IMG/VR virus record: IMGVR_UViG_3300013126_000031 | Span: 205 to 64,204 of that record | Length of the DNA stretch: 64,000 nucleotides | Strand: one strand, 5' to 3' | From: a virus | Taxonomy: Duplodnaviria; Caudoviricetes | Shown here: positions 18,325 to 27,005 of the stretch, piece after piece | Position numbering within the stretch: the stretch's first letter is position 1 | Layout: each line of letters starts with the position of its first letter | The notes under the pieces: generated by a model | The model's input: only the letters and a program-made list of their open reading frames with translations | Told to the model about the DNA's origin: nothing | Databases searched by the model: none | Made by a program: the position numbers and the translations under genes

Positions 18325-18325
18325 C

Positions 18326-19450
18326 TTATAACATCTTATATAACGTTTTATCGTCATAGTTAAACATAAAATCCTCAACAGATTCAATTTTACGGTCTTT
18401 CAACCCAAAATACAATCCAGTGAACATTTTCACATCATATTTCTCACAAACTTCAAAAACAGCTGCCGCATATTTTTTTTGTTCTTCTTTTGTTACGTTT
18501 TTTGGTCTACGCAATTGTAATTCATCCCAAACAACATTCAATTTACCAACCAAAGCATCGTAAGATACTTTAAGACGTAAAAGTTCATCTTTTCTTTCTG
18601 GGAAAGTAGATGCAAATTCTTCTATCTCATTAGTTTTCACGATAGTCAATATATTGTGTTCAGCAGTTTTACCTTTCAAGTGGTGAACCGCAACATATGC
18701 TGGGTTTTTAACTTTAACACGATTGTCATTACCATCACGTACAACATACCCTTCTTCAGACCATGGCATACCTTCAAATGTTTTCAACAAGTGACCAATA
18801 TTTGATGCGTTTATATCAAAAGATTTAACCAATGGTACACCTATTGATATAGCAACCATTTCTAAGTCTTTTCCAGACAACTCAACTAGTGTTTCTCTGT
18901 TTCTAACTGTCAACAATGTTGCAGATGATTCACCATGTGGTTTAACAACTATATTATATGGTGTAGTCAACTCAAAAACGTATATATAATCTTTATTTAA
19001 CAAACATTCGTTAAATGTATATTTGTTATTTAGAGTATCCCAAAACAAATCGTTAAATGTAGTACCATTTTTGTTGTTTACTTCACCTTCACCATTAGCA
19101 GTACCAGTAGTACCAGCATACCAAGTCATATCATGCCAGTCATAGTACACTTGTATCATAGTACCATCTAATTTTTCAAGTACTTGTGCTGTATTCCAAT
19201 CTATTTTAGCAGCGTTTCCTTCTTCAGCGTTGAAGAATTTACGAAAAGCCAATGACATTACTTTCCATGTACCTTTTTCTAAGATGATTCCACGACAATC
19301 TTGCATCTCTGGCAAAGCCATAAGAGTTGGAGATACTAATTGGTTATATTTTAGTAAAATTTTTGATGGGTAATGTTTACAAATTAAACTAAAATCATTT
19401 ATAGCTTTTTCCAAACCGTGTGTTCTTAAATAATTTTGTATAGCTAACAT
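18326..19450 (-). CDS. T4 Rnl1-like RNA ligase
   Basis: CRG, KFFN, EKLDGT, FEL, EGYVV, KVKN. Confidence 0.9.
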   Translation of the reverse strand: MLAIQNYLRTHGLEKAINDFSLICKHYPSKILLKYNQLVSPTLMALPEMQDCRGIILEKGTWKVMSLAFRKFFNAEEGNAAKIDWNTAQVLEKLDGTMIQVYYDWHDMTWYAGTTGTANGEGEVNNKNGTTFNDLFWDTLNNKYTFNECLLNKDYIYVFELTTPYNIVVKPHGESSATLLTVRNRETLVELSGKDLEMVAISIGVPLVKSFDINASNIGHLLKTFEGMPWSEEGYVVRDGNDNRVKVKNPAYVAVHHLKGKTAEHNILTIVKTNEIEEFASTFPERKDELLRLKVSYDALVGKLNVVWDELQLRRPKNVTKEEQKKYAAAVFEVCEKYDVKMFTGLYFGLKDRKIESVEDFMFNYDDKTLYKML

Positions 19451-19515
19451 ACTTTTGATTTTAAATGTTAGACAAATGTAGTAGTAATATTTTAATAAAA
19501 CAAATAAAAGGATGA

Positions 19516-19869
19516 TTATTTTTCATCATCGTTTTTATCGTTATCTTTTTTTCTCATCTTATTGATTTTCTTGACGAACTCTTCATAAGTTTCATCATCT
19601 AATCTTTGATTAAACAAATCCTTTATTGGATTTTGTTCCTCATGCATAGCATCTAATATCTTTTTTGATGAAAACATGGATACCAAGTCCGAAAACTTAA
19701 AAATATCATCATCACCACCAATCAACAAACCACTCATAAAGATTAAAATAGTGCCAACTTGAGCTAATGCTATATCTTTGTTTTCTCTACCTTCATTCAT
19801 TAGAGATTGACCCATTTTCATGAATTTGGCACTCAAATCCAATCTTCTATCGATTTCTTTTCCTTTCAT
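19516..19869 (-). CDS. hypothetical protein
   Basis: ORF. Confidence 0.65.
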   Translation of the reverse strand: MKGKEIDRRLDLSAKFMKMGQSLMNEGRENKDIALAQVGTILIFMSGLLIGGDDDIFKFSDLVSMFSSKKILDAMHEEQNPIKDLFNQRLDDETYEEFVKKINKMRKKDNDKNDDEK

Positions 19870-19904
19870 AAAACTATTTTTAACAAATATACTAAATAAA
19901 ACTA

Positions 19905-20561
19905 TTACTTGCAATAATAACTTGAATCGATTCTGATAGTAACACCATATTTTCTGGATAATGCATCTAACCTAGTATCAAGTTTCTTATCTTCACCGAA
20001 TGTTTCTTCCAATTCACCCATTTCATCAACAAAATAAATCACGTATGAATTATCACCCCATGATTTTCTTACGAACTCAACTTTTATCTCACCTTTGAAA
20101 TGTTCGTTAATCGCTTTTGAAACATCTTCTTTTATAGCTTTAACATCTACATTGTATTTGTATTGAATACCCATGTCATTCATAGATTCAGACACTAATT
20201 TGTTGTATTTACCAAATCTACCGTTCACCAAAACTTCCATTGGTTGCCATTTAACAACATGTGGTTCATTATGGTCTATTGTACCAGAATAATCAGCCAA
20301 ATAAGTGAAACCCATAAAACCATCTTTATGAATTGCAAATATAAGTCTTAGGTTGGTGACATCTAAACCAGTTTCTTCTTTGGTTTCACGAATAGCTGTG
20401 ACTTTAGGGTCTTGACCATCTTCTGGGTCCATCTTACCTCCAGGTAATCCAAAATCATTGTGGTCGTCTTTTCTAGAAACGCCTAAAATATATCCCTCTG
20501 GGTTAATCAAAACTACTTGTGCTGAAACTTTAATATCTTTATCAATCATCATATCTTTCAA
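19905..20561 (-). CDS. Nudix hydrolase
   Basis: PGGKMD...AIRETKEETGL Nudix box. Confidence 0.88.
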   Translation of the reverse strand: MKDMMIDKDIKVSAQVVLINPEGYILGVSRKDDHNDFGLPGGKMDPEDGQDPKVTAIRETKEETGLDVTNLRLIFAIHKDGFMGFTYLADYSGTIDHNEPHVVKWQPMEVLVNGRFGKYNKLVSESMNDMGIQYKYNVDVKAIKEDVSKAINEHFKGEIKVEFVRKSWGDNSYVIYFVDEMGELEETFGEDKKLDTRLDALSRKYGVTIRIDSSYYCK

Positions 20562-20760
20562 ACTTTGTTATTTTTAAATTAGAGTCAATGAAAATATCCG
20601 CAATATTTAATATTTCTCTAACATGGAAAATCTCAGTTTTAACATCACAAAGAATGTTATTATCTGGAACAAATTTTATTTTGTAAAGGTTCCCTTCAAT
20701 CCATAATACCTCAGCATATACTAACCCCCATCCTTTTAAATGTAATTTAACGTCACTCAT
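20542..20760 (-). CDS. hypothetical protein
   Basis: operon ORF. Confidence 0.55.
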   Translation of the reverse strand: MSDVKLHLKGWGLVYAEVLWIEGNLYKIKFVPDNNILCDVKTEIFHVREILNIADIFIDSNLKITKFERYDD

Positions 20761-21689
20761 TGTTTTTTGATTTCAGAAACAACTCCATTAACCATAAATT
20801 TCTTAATGGGTTGCCATTTTGTTATTTGATTACTCATTGCTGGTTTACCACCATCTGGATTAACCGCAATAGTAATGTGTGGTGTTTCATTTTTAGATTG
20901 GTAACCACTAACCTTTACAGCCATAGCCATATCAGATAAACCTAATTCACCAACAGTTAAAGTAACTTGTTTACCTAAATCAGTTTTATCTTTAAGTTCA
21001 CCCAAATTTATTGTCATATGATGAGCAATTACTTTCCACCCCTCTGGTATTCTATCACCAATCATATCTAACAATGTTGTTCTAGATTGATTATCCAACA
21101 ATACACAAGAGTACAACACATCAGATTGTTTGTACATATCTTTCGAGTCTAAAACACTTTTAAGCGTAAGAGGACCTTGAGCTGTATGACTAGCTATCAT
21201 GGCTTCAATCTTTTCTAAAGGTACACCGTGTGCGTTTCTTTTAGCCAACTCAGCTGCCTCTAAACCAGCAGTACCTATATCGACAAATTTAATGTTGTTA
21301 TCAGCATAACCCATTTCCAACGCAGCCACAATATAAGCTTTGGACTCATTTTGTTTTATATTTGTATTGTCTATGATTACTGGACTAATACCAGATTTCA
21401 TAGATGCAATAGCATTCTTTAAATTTGTTGAGTGAGCTCTACTTAATGGTGTAAAATCTTTAGATGCTATCATCTTAGCAAAAAATTCATTGTAATCACC
21501 ACCAGCTTCAATAACATCATCAGTCGAGTGTATTTTACCTTGACCAACAAGTGACTTAGCTTTTGTTGATTTTCCAGCACCTGGGATTCCACGCATAACA
21601 ATGAGTTGTTGATTAGGTTTTGTTACTGTAACACCTAGGATATTTTTGGACATAGATTCCCTTAATATTTGTTTAATATTTTCTTTCAT
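20757..21689 (-). CDS. P-loop polynucleotide kinase fused to 2H cyclic phosphodiesterase (RNA end-healing)
   Basis: GIPGAGKST, IDNTN, RNAHGVP; HHMTI and PHITI motifs. Confidence 0.85.
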   Translation of the reverse strand: MKENIKQILRESMSKNILGVTVTKPNQQLIVMRGIPGAGKSTKAKSLVGQGKIHSTDDVIEAGGDYNEFFAKMIASKDFTPLSRAHSTNLKNAIASMKSGISPVIIDNTNIKQNESKAYIVAALEMGYADNNIKFVDIGTAGLEAAELAKRNAHGVPLEKIEAMIASHTAQGPLTLKSVLDSKDMYKQSDVLYSCVLLDNQSRTTLLDMIGDRIPEGWKVIAHHMTINLGELKDKTDLGKQVTLTVGELGLSDMAMAVKVSGYQSKNETPHITIAVNPDGGKPAMSNQITKWQPIKKFMVNGVVSEIKKQ

Positions 21690-21738
21690 ATCGCAAATGT
21701 ATGGATTATTTTTTAATTAGACAAATTTTTTGATGAAA

Positions 21739-22407
21739 TTATGAATAATATTCATCATAAATGTCTTGGGTTAAGCCGAAATCAACAATAACAATAATAT
21801 CCTCACCATTTCTATTAACAATACCATATGAGTTTAATCTCATTAAATCACCAGCTGGTGAATCAGTATTTAACATAAATTCACAAATAGTTTGTGTAAA
21901 TTGATTTTCATCTAGTATTTCTTTGTGTGCTTCAGTCATATCATAAAAAGGTTTTCTACCTTTGTTTGTTAATTCAAAATTTTTAAGATATCTACCAAAT
22001 TCATCAAAGTTAATACCTTCTAATCTTTGGAAATCAGATTTCTTAACTTTTTTAGCCAACTCCATTTCCACCCATAAATCATCTGGGTGATATTCAATAG
22101 TTCTAGCTAATATTTCATCAAAATAACTATCGCCACCCCATTGTATTTCGGTAGAACATTGAGCCAAACCTTTAGCGTTCTTAGCTAATTTTAATACTTT
22201 GGTATCGTCAACTAAATAAACTATTCTTGATGAACCAGAAGAAATTTTTCTTAAATGCTCATTACAATATTTAATTCTTTGAGTAAAATTTGTTAACGAT
22301 TTAAATTCGTCCATATTAAAACTTGATGGATATTCTTCACTCATGAACCTTTCAATAAGGTTATATGTCATTTCTTCAGAAATTCTTTTTTTAATAAAAT
22401 CTTTCAT
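21739..22407 (-). CDS. protein kinase-like protein
   Basis: SGSSRIVY, VLKLA, GDL...NSYG, IVDFG. Confidence 0.65.
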   Translation of the reverse strand: MKDFIKKRISEEMTYNLIERFMSEEYPSSFNMDEFKSLTNFTQRIKYCNEHLRKISSGSSRIVYLVDDTKVLKLAKNAKGLAQCSTEIQWGGDSYFDEILARTIEYHPDDLWVEMELAKKVKKSDFQRLEGINFDEFGRYLKNFELTNKGRKPFYDMTEAHKEILDENQFTQTICEFMLNTDSPAGDLMRLNSYGIVNRNGEDIIVIVDFGLTQDIYDEYYS

Positions 22408-22441
22408 TGTATTTTTTATTATATTTTTTATTATAAATATC

Positions 22442-23377
22442 TTAATATTTTTGGTTATTTATCTTCATAGCACTTCCATCACTATAAAGGTAAATAATTA
22501 ACCCATTATAGTCACCAGTAACATCTTGACCTAATGTGTTCACTGTTTTAATAACATATGGTTTATCTTTTATTTTTGTATCAACTGAAATAATTTCACT
22601 ATATTCAAACTTACCATCATAATCAGTTTGTTTTAATCTATAATAAGTAATTATTGGTTGTACATTTGTGTCATGGAACTCATAATATAATTGATGTAAA
22701 GAATAACCAGCACCTTCTATATGGTCAACAATATTAAAAACATAACCATCATAGCTTTTTTCAATTGTAAAATAATCGTTGTTGATTTCAGATGCTGTTG
22801 ACCAAAATAAAATATTGGTTTCATTCTCATACTTACCTTTAAAATATAATAATGTAATTGGTAAACCAATTGGTGGTGATTCTACTATTGTAACATCATC
22901 TATATAAATCGATGTCGGACCACCATATACAGTGTTAGCAACTATTTGAAAATACATAACACCAGTATATGATGCTATATAAGTATCACTCCATTCATAC
23001 CACGTTGAAAAATTTGAATTACAGTTTGAATTGGAATAGCTGTCTGAACTTAATAATGTTGTCTGATTAGCAGTTTCATTTGTGTTTATGGTTAAACTAC
23101 AAATTCTTTTAGTCCAAAATGTTATAGTATAAACATACCCATCTTGAACATTAATCGGAATATAAATATATTTACCATTGTTATTTTGAGCACTAGATAA
23201 TCGTAATGCATATGCACCAGAACGTGCGTTTCCAACACCATAATTGCTTATAGCCCACCCAGATGGTGTTGTGGTTAACCAACCACTTGGTGCTGTAGCA
23301 GAAAATTGCTCATTTATTAGCGTTGTTTGACCGAAAGAATATATGGTCATTAACAAGAAAATTATTATCAGTCTCAT
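22442..23377 (-). CDS. secreted Bacteroidota-type protein (CBM-like + LPITL Ig-like module)
   Basis: signal peptide; LPITLLYFKG...WSTASEINNDYF.IEKS...YYRLKQTDYDG. Confidence 0.75.
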   Translation of the reverse strand: MRLIIIFLLMTIYSFGQTTLINEQFSATAPSGWLTTTPSGWAISNYGVGNARSGAYALRLSSAQNNNGKYIYIPINVQDGYVYTITFWTKRICSLTINTNETANQTTLLSSDSYSNSNCNSNFSTWYEWSDTYIASYTGVMYFQIVANTVYGGPTSIYIDDVTIVESPPIGLPITLLYFKGKYENETNILFWSTASEINNDYFTIEKSYDGYVFNIVDHIEGAGYSLHQLYYEFHDTNVQPIITYYRLKQTDYDGKFEYSEIISVDTKIKDKPYVIKTVNTLGQDVTGDYNGLIIYLYSDGSAMKINNQKY

Positions 23378-23432
23378 ATCATATTGTTTATTAATAAATA
23401 CCAATATACTGATAAAAAATTTATTAATCAAG

Positions 23433-23518
23433 AGGAGAGCAGAGGAATCGAACCTCACACCAAAATAGGTGCGTCACGATTAGCAGTCGGACCCTATCGC
23501 CATCAAGGATTACTCTCC
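23433..23518 (-). tRNA. tRNA-Ser(GCT)
   Basis: CGA-CT-GCT-AA-TCG, long variable arm. Confidence 0.8.
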
Positions 23519-23524
23519 ATATTG

Positions 23525-23597
23525 TACACCTATAGGGATTCGAACCCCAACGAATTGCTTAGAAGGTAATTATGCTATCCAGTTACATCATAAGTGC
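23525..23597 (-). tRNA. tRNA-Arg(TCT)
   Basis: ATTAC-CT-TCT-AA-GCAAT. Confidence 0.88.
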
Positions 23598-23606
23598 ATA
23601 TTTTAG

Positions 23607-23679
23607 TAGTTCCCACGAGATTCGAACTCGTACTACAACTTTCGTAGAGTTGGGTGCTAATCCGTTACACCAAGGAACT
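23607..23679 (-). tRNA. tRNA-Arg(ACG)
   Basis: CAACT-CT-ACG-AA-AGTTG. Confidence 0.9.
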
Positions 23680-23701
23680 AAATGTACAAAAAAAGTCAAG
23701 G

Positions 23702-23771
23702 TACCGACCATGAGGTTCGAACTCACTTAATCATCCATATGAGGGACGACCCTTTTCCACTAAGTGTCGGC
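23702..23771 (-). tRNA. tRNA(CAT), probably Ile2; compact D-arm
   Basis: CGTCC-CT-CAT-AT-GGATG; T-arm GTGAG-TTCGAAC-CTCAT. Confidence 0.7.
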
Positions 23772-23779
23772 ATAAAAAT

Positions 23780-23866
23780 AAATGTCGCCAGTTCCTCATG
23801 TCTAGCAATTATGTCTAGACTGTCCTATTGTTTCTGCGTTCTCAATTTCAAACGTTTGGGACATTT
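23780..23866. ncRNA. small structured spacer RNA candidate
   Basis: AAATGTCGCCA...TGGGACATTT inverted ends, internal GTCTAG/CTAGAC hairpin. Confidence 0.35.
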
Positions 23867-23872
23867 ATTTTG

Positions 23873-23974
23873 CTCTTCGGGGGAATTTCGAAATCCCGAC
23901 CTATCGGTTAACACTCCTTGTATGAACTTACTTATCATACCTAGCCGATTGCTCTACCTCTGAGCTACCGAAGA
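23873..23974 (-). tRNA. tRNA-Asn(GTT) with 30-nt insertion/intron at position 33/34
   Basis: ATCGG-CT-[23913-23942]-GTT-AA-CCGAT; rest of cloverleaf intact. Confidence 0.85.
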
Positions 23975-23981
23975 ATAATTA

Positions 23982-24323
23982 TTATAATTTAATTAAACCA
24001 TCATGAACTTCTCTATGACAATTTGAACATAACATGATACATTTATCTAGTTCTGTTTTAACTTTTTCCCAAGACCTAGTATAACCTTTATGCGATATAC
24101 CAAAATCTTTTTCATTAGGATTCAAATGATGAAATTCTAAAGCTCCATTACATCTATCATAACCACAAACTTGACATTTACCACCTTTGTATTCAATAGC
24201 CATTTCTTTTACTTTATCTCGCCTTCTTTGAACAGCATCTACAGCACATTTTTTACATCTATGACCACCATCTTGTCTTAAAACATATTCTGTGAGCCCA
24301 TGTATTTTACATTCTTTTTCCAT
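23982..24323 (-). CDS. HNH endonuclease
   Basis: CQVCG...LEFHH...LCSNCHREVH. Confidence 0.88.
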   Translation of the reverse strand: MEKECKIHGLTEYVLRQDGGHRCKKCAVDAVQRRRDKVKEMAIEYKGGKCQVCGYDRCNGALEFHHLNPNEKDFGISHKGYTRSWEKVKTELDKCIMLCSNCHREVHDGLIKL

Positions 24324-24382
24324 ATATCTTTTATTATAAATATACGGATTAACAAAATAATGTAAACCGTTAATTAAATTTG

Positions 24383-24455
24383 CGGACTACCTTGGATTCG
24401 AACCAAGACCATCGATATTAACAGTATCGAGCACTACCAGTTATGCTAATAGTCC
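24383..24455 (-). tRNA. tRNA-Asn(GTT)
   Basis: CGATA-CT-GTT-AA-TATCG. Confidence 0.9.
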
Positions 24456-24465
24456 ATAATTTTTG

Positions 24466-24537
24466 TTGTCTAACCCAGACTCGAACTGGAAATACTGCCG
24501 TATCAGAGCAGCGTGATAACCATTTCACCATTAGACA
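24466..24537 (-). tRNA. tRNA-Ile(GAT)
   Basis: CTGCT-CT-GAT-AC-GGCAG. Confidence 0.88.
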
Positions 24538-24548
24538 AGATTGTGGAA

Positions 24549-24737
24549 TTACTTCCACTGTGTTTTTCGGTAGTGTTTCCAAGTTTTGTACATTCTAACT
24601 TGATAACTCATTTTATTTCCATAAAACGTAATACCTTCATCCCAATAAATTGGATATAAATCATTGATTAACATGATTCGGTATTGTCTACCATTTTGTG
24701 CTTTGTTCAGTTTTGCTCTGTTAATGTTTACGCTCAT
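24549..24737 (-). CDS. small basic hypothetical protein
   Basis: MSVNINRAKL...TWKHYRKTQWK. Confidence 0.6.
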   Translation of the reverse strand: MSVNINRAKLNKAQNGRQYRIMLINDLYPIYWDEGITFYGNKMSYQVRMYKTWKHYRKTQWK

Positions 24738-24806
24738 AATGTTGTGAGTCTGTGAATAGCAGACCTTACAACATATCAAATTTCTTTTTCATAGTTTTAA
24801 AATTTG

Positions 24807-24893
24807 CGGAAGAGGAGAGATTCGAACTCTCGGAGCCCTTTCGAGCTCGCTGGTTTTCAAGACCAGTGCCATAAACCACTCGGCCACCCTTCC
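24807..24893 (-). tRNA. tRNA-Ser(TGA)
   Basis: CTGGT-CT-TGA-AA-ACCAG, long variable arm, G73. Confidence 0.95.
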
Positions 24894-24904
24894 AGTTTAT
24901 TTAG

Positions 24905-24975
24905 CACAACTATACAGATTCGAACTGTAAACGCTGGTTTTGGAGACCAGAATGATACCATTTCACCATAGTTGT
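24905..24975 (-). tRNA. tRNA-Trp(CCA)
   Basis: CTGGT-CT-CCA-AA-ACCAG. Confidence 0.9.
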
Positions 24976-25022
24976 GTATTTATTAATAACCAATATGTCA
25001 AAGAACATTTTAAGTTCAAAAG

Positions 25023-25095
25023 GGTGATTAACCAGAATCGAACTGGTATCAATAGAATCACAATCTATCATGTTAACCGTTACACCATAACCACC
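25023..25095 (-). tRNA. tRNA-His(GTG)
   Basis: ATAGA-TT-GTG-AT-TCTAT, G-1:C73. Confidence 0.92.
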
Positions 25096-25097
25096 AT

Positions 25098-25676
25098 TTA
25101 TTTATTCTTACCAGCGTATGTTTCAGTCTGTGAATGACAATTAGGGCACATAAAACGTAAATTTTCTATTCTATTATCATTATTTATGCCGTTAATATGG
25201 TCTATTTGTAATATTAACTTACTACCCATCCATTCACCAATATTACCACAACTTACACATTTATACTCTAATAAATTACTTCTTAATACTCTATTCTTCA
25301 AATGACCAGAATTATATTGTGAATTCTCACAAAATATTTCAGAATCACTATATTTTACCTTAGTAACGTTTCTTCTAGGGTTACCTTTATATAAATCATT
25401 ATCTATTTCATATAAATCAAAATACCTTTTTAACGTTCTATAATTTCCAGCTTTTAATGTTAAACCCATTTTTTCTAACACTTCAGCTTTAGAGGTTGAA
25501 GAATCTATCAACGGTTTTAACTCTTCAAAACTCCATTTATGATAATATTTTTTAGGTTTAACATCATATTTATTCGCCCAATATCTTATAGTTGTTAGTG
25601 ATTTATTAGTTCTTTTACTTATTTCTCTTAAAGATAAACCTTCTTTAAGAAGCTTTTCTAAATCTATTTTTTCCAT
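25098..25676 (-). mobile_element. HTH-HNH homing endonuclease
   Basis: N-terminal HTH; CVSCG...IDHING...NLRFMCPNCH. Confidence 0.88.
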
Positions 25677-25733
25677 ATTTATGTTTTTATATAAATATAT
25701 AATAATAGTTCAAAAAGTAAATACCACTTTAAA

Positions 25734-25768
25734 AATCTAGCACTCTAACCAACTGAGCTAACACCACC
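25734..25768 (-). pseudogene. 5' half of a tRNA-His-like gene
   Basis: G-GTGGTGT-TAGCTCAGTTGGTTAGAGTG-CTAGATT, breaks at the anticodon loop. Confidence 0.65.
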
Positions 25769-25942
25769 ATCTATTGTAACAAATATAAGAATGTTACCTT
25801 TTTCTTTTTTAAATCTTAGGTCACCGTTGTAACCCATGTTTATTGCTTTTTGTTTATACTCGTCAACAATGTTGTCAAAGTTTTCTTTGAACTTAGTTGC
25901 TTTGACTTTTCCGAGTGGTCTTACTAATTCTTCTTTACTCAT
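25745..25942 (-). CDS. hypothetical protein
   Basis: 65-aa ORF directly after terminator 3. Confidence 0.55.
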   Translation of the reverse strand: MSKEELVRPLGKVKATKFKENFDNIVDEYKQKAINMGYNGDLRFKKEKGNILIFVTIDGGVSSVG

Positions 25943-25953
25943 AGCATTAAAAT

Positions 25954-25988
25954 AAAAAAGCCTTAGATTTTTTGGTCTAAGGCTTTTT
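25954..25988 (-). terminator. attenuator terminator 3
   Basis: AAAAAGCCTTAGA-loop-TCTAAGGCTTTTTT. Confidence 0.88.
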
Positions 25989-26011
25989 AAATTTATCTTT
26001 AAAATGTTTTA

Positions 26012-26107
26012 TCACTTTGCGATGTCATTTAACATACCTTGACCAGTATGGATGCTATTGCGTCTCCAATTACTAATCGAAATCATATGTATGTTAATTG
26101 TTCTCAT
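26012..26107 (-). CDS. leader peptide 3 MRTINIHMISISNWRRNSIHTGQGMLNDIAK (I/N/H/S/W/R sensing)
   Basis: 31-aa ORF between promoter and terminator; codons 4-20 are all I/N/H/M/S/W/R. Confidence 0.88.
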   Translation of the reverse strand: MRTINIHMISISNWRRNSIHTGQGMLNDIAK

Positions 26108-26159
26108 TGTTTTTTATATTAAATATGTTATTCTTTTAAAAAGTTTTAATTTTATAGTA

Positions 26160-26190
26160 CAAATGTACAAACTATTTTTATATTTGTCAA
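26160..26190 (-). promoter_or_regulatory. promoter of attenuator cassette 3
   Basis: TTGACA-N17-TACATTTG. Confidence 0.75.
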
Positions 26191-26209
26191 GTTTTTTTTA
26201 AATTATTTT

Positions 26210-27004
26210 TTAAAAACCTCTTTCACGTCTAAAAGTATCTTCATCATGTTGTATTTGAACCCATGTAATATAATCCATATCATTACTTAACCCTTGTTTA
26301 ACTGAATCTGATAAACCTTGATAACCATTATTGATATAATTGCTCAGCTCATGGTTTAATTCTAATTCACTATTAACATATCTAGAAATGTACTCTTTCA
26401 TCTGTTCTTGGTCTGGTGTTAACTGACCTAAATCTGATAATTCTGGTTGTTCTTGATATGGGTCTAAACCATATTCAGCACTTCTATGTTGTCTACCAAT
26501 TTCACCCATATCTAATTCATTTTCATTAACAACACCAACATGATATCTTAAAATAAATTGTAAAATTCTTTCAGATGTTTCATCAGCACCTTTATATGTG
26601 TATTTAAATGTAGAATCACCTTCAATAAAAGAACCAGAATGTTTATCATACATTAAGAACGCTATTTTACCACCTTGTGGATTCATTACTTTAAGACCTT
26701 TTACACCGAACTCATTAACTATTTCACCGATAACACCATCTAATTGTTTATCTTCGGTTACTTTATTCATTTCACCAGTCTCTGGATTATATTTACCACG
26801 AGTGTGAAGTGTTCTTATTAAACTAATTGGTTTTCCAATTAATTCATTTAATTTATCTTCGGCTGTTACCGCTTCACTAACTTCATTCTCATCAATACGT
26901 TTGATTTTGTTAAATGTTTTTGCGAATGATTCTAATATAGCTTTTTCTTTATCAGCAATGATAGCTTTTCTTTTTGCTTCAGTTAAAAATTCTTTCTTTT
27001 TCAT
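26210..27004 (-). CDS. hypothetical protein, probable virion/head component
   Basis: LTE/IDE/VNE motifs. Confidence 0.7.
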   Translation of the reverse strand: MKKKEFLTEAKRKAIIADKEKAILESFAKTFNKIKRIDENEVSEAVTAEDKLNELIGKPISLIRTLHTRGKYNPETGEMNKVTEDKQLDGVIGEIVNEFGVKGLKVMNPQGGKIAFLMYDKHSGSFIEGDSTFKYTYKGADETSERILQFILRYHVGVVNENELDMGEIGRQHRSAEYGLDPYQEQPELSDLGQLTPDQEQMKEYISRYVNSELELNHELSNYINNGYQGLSDSVKQGLSNDMDYITWVQIQHDEDTFRRERGF

Positions 27005-27005
27005 A

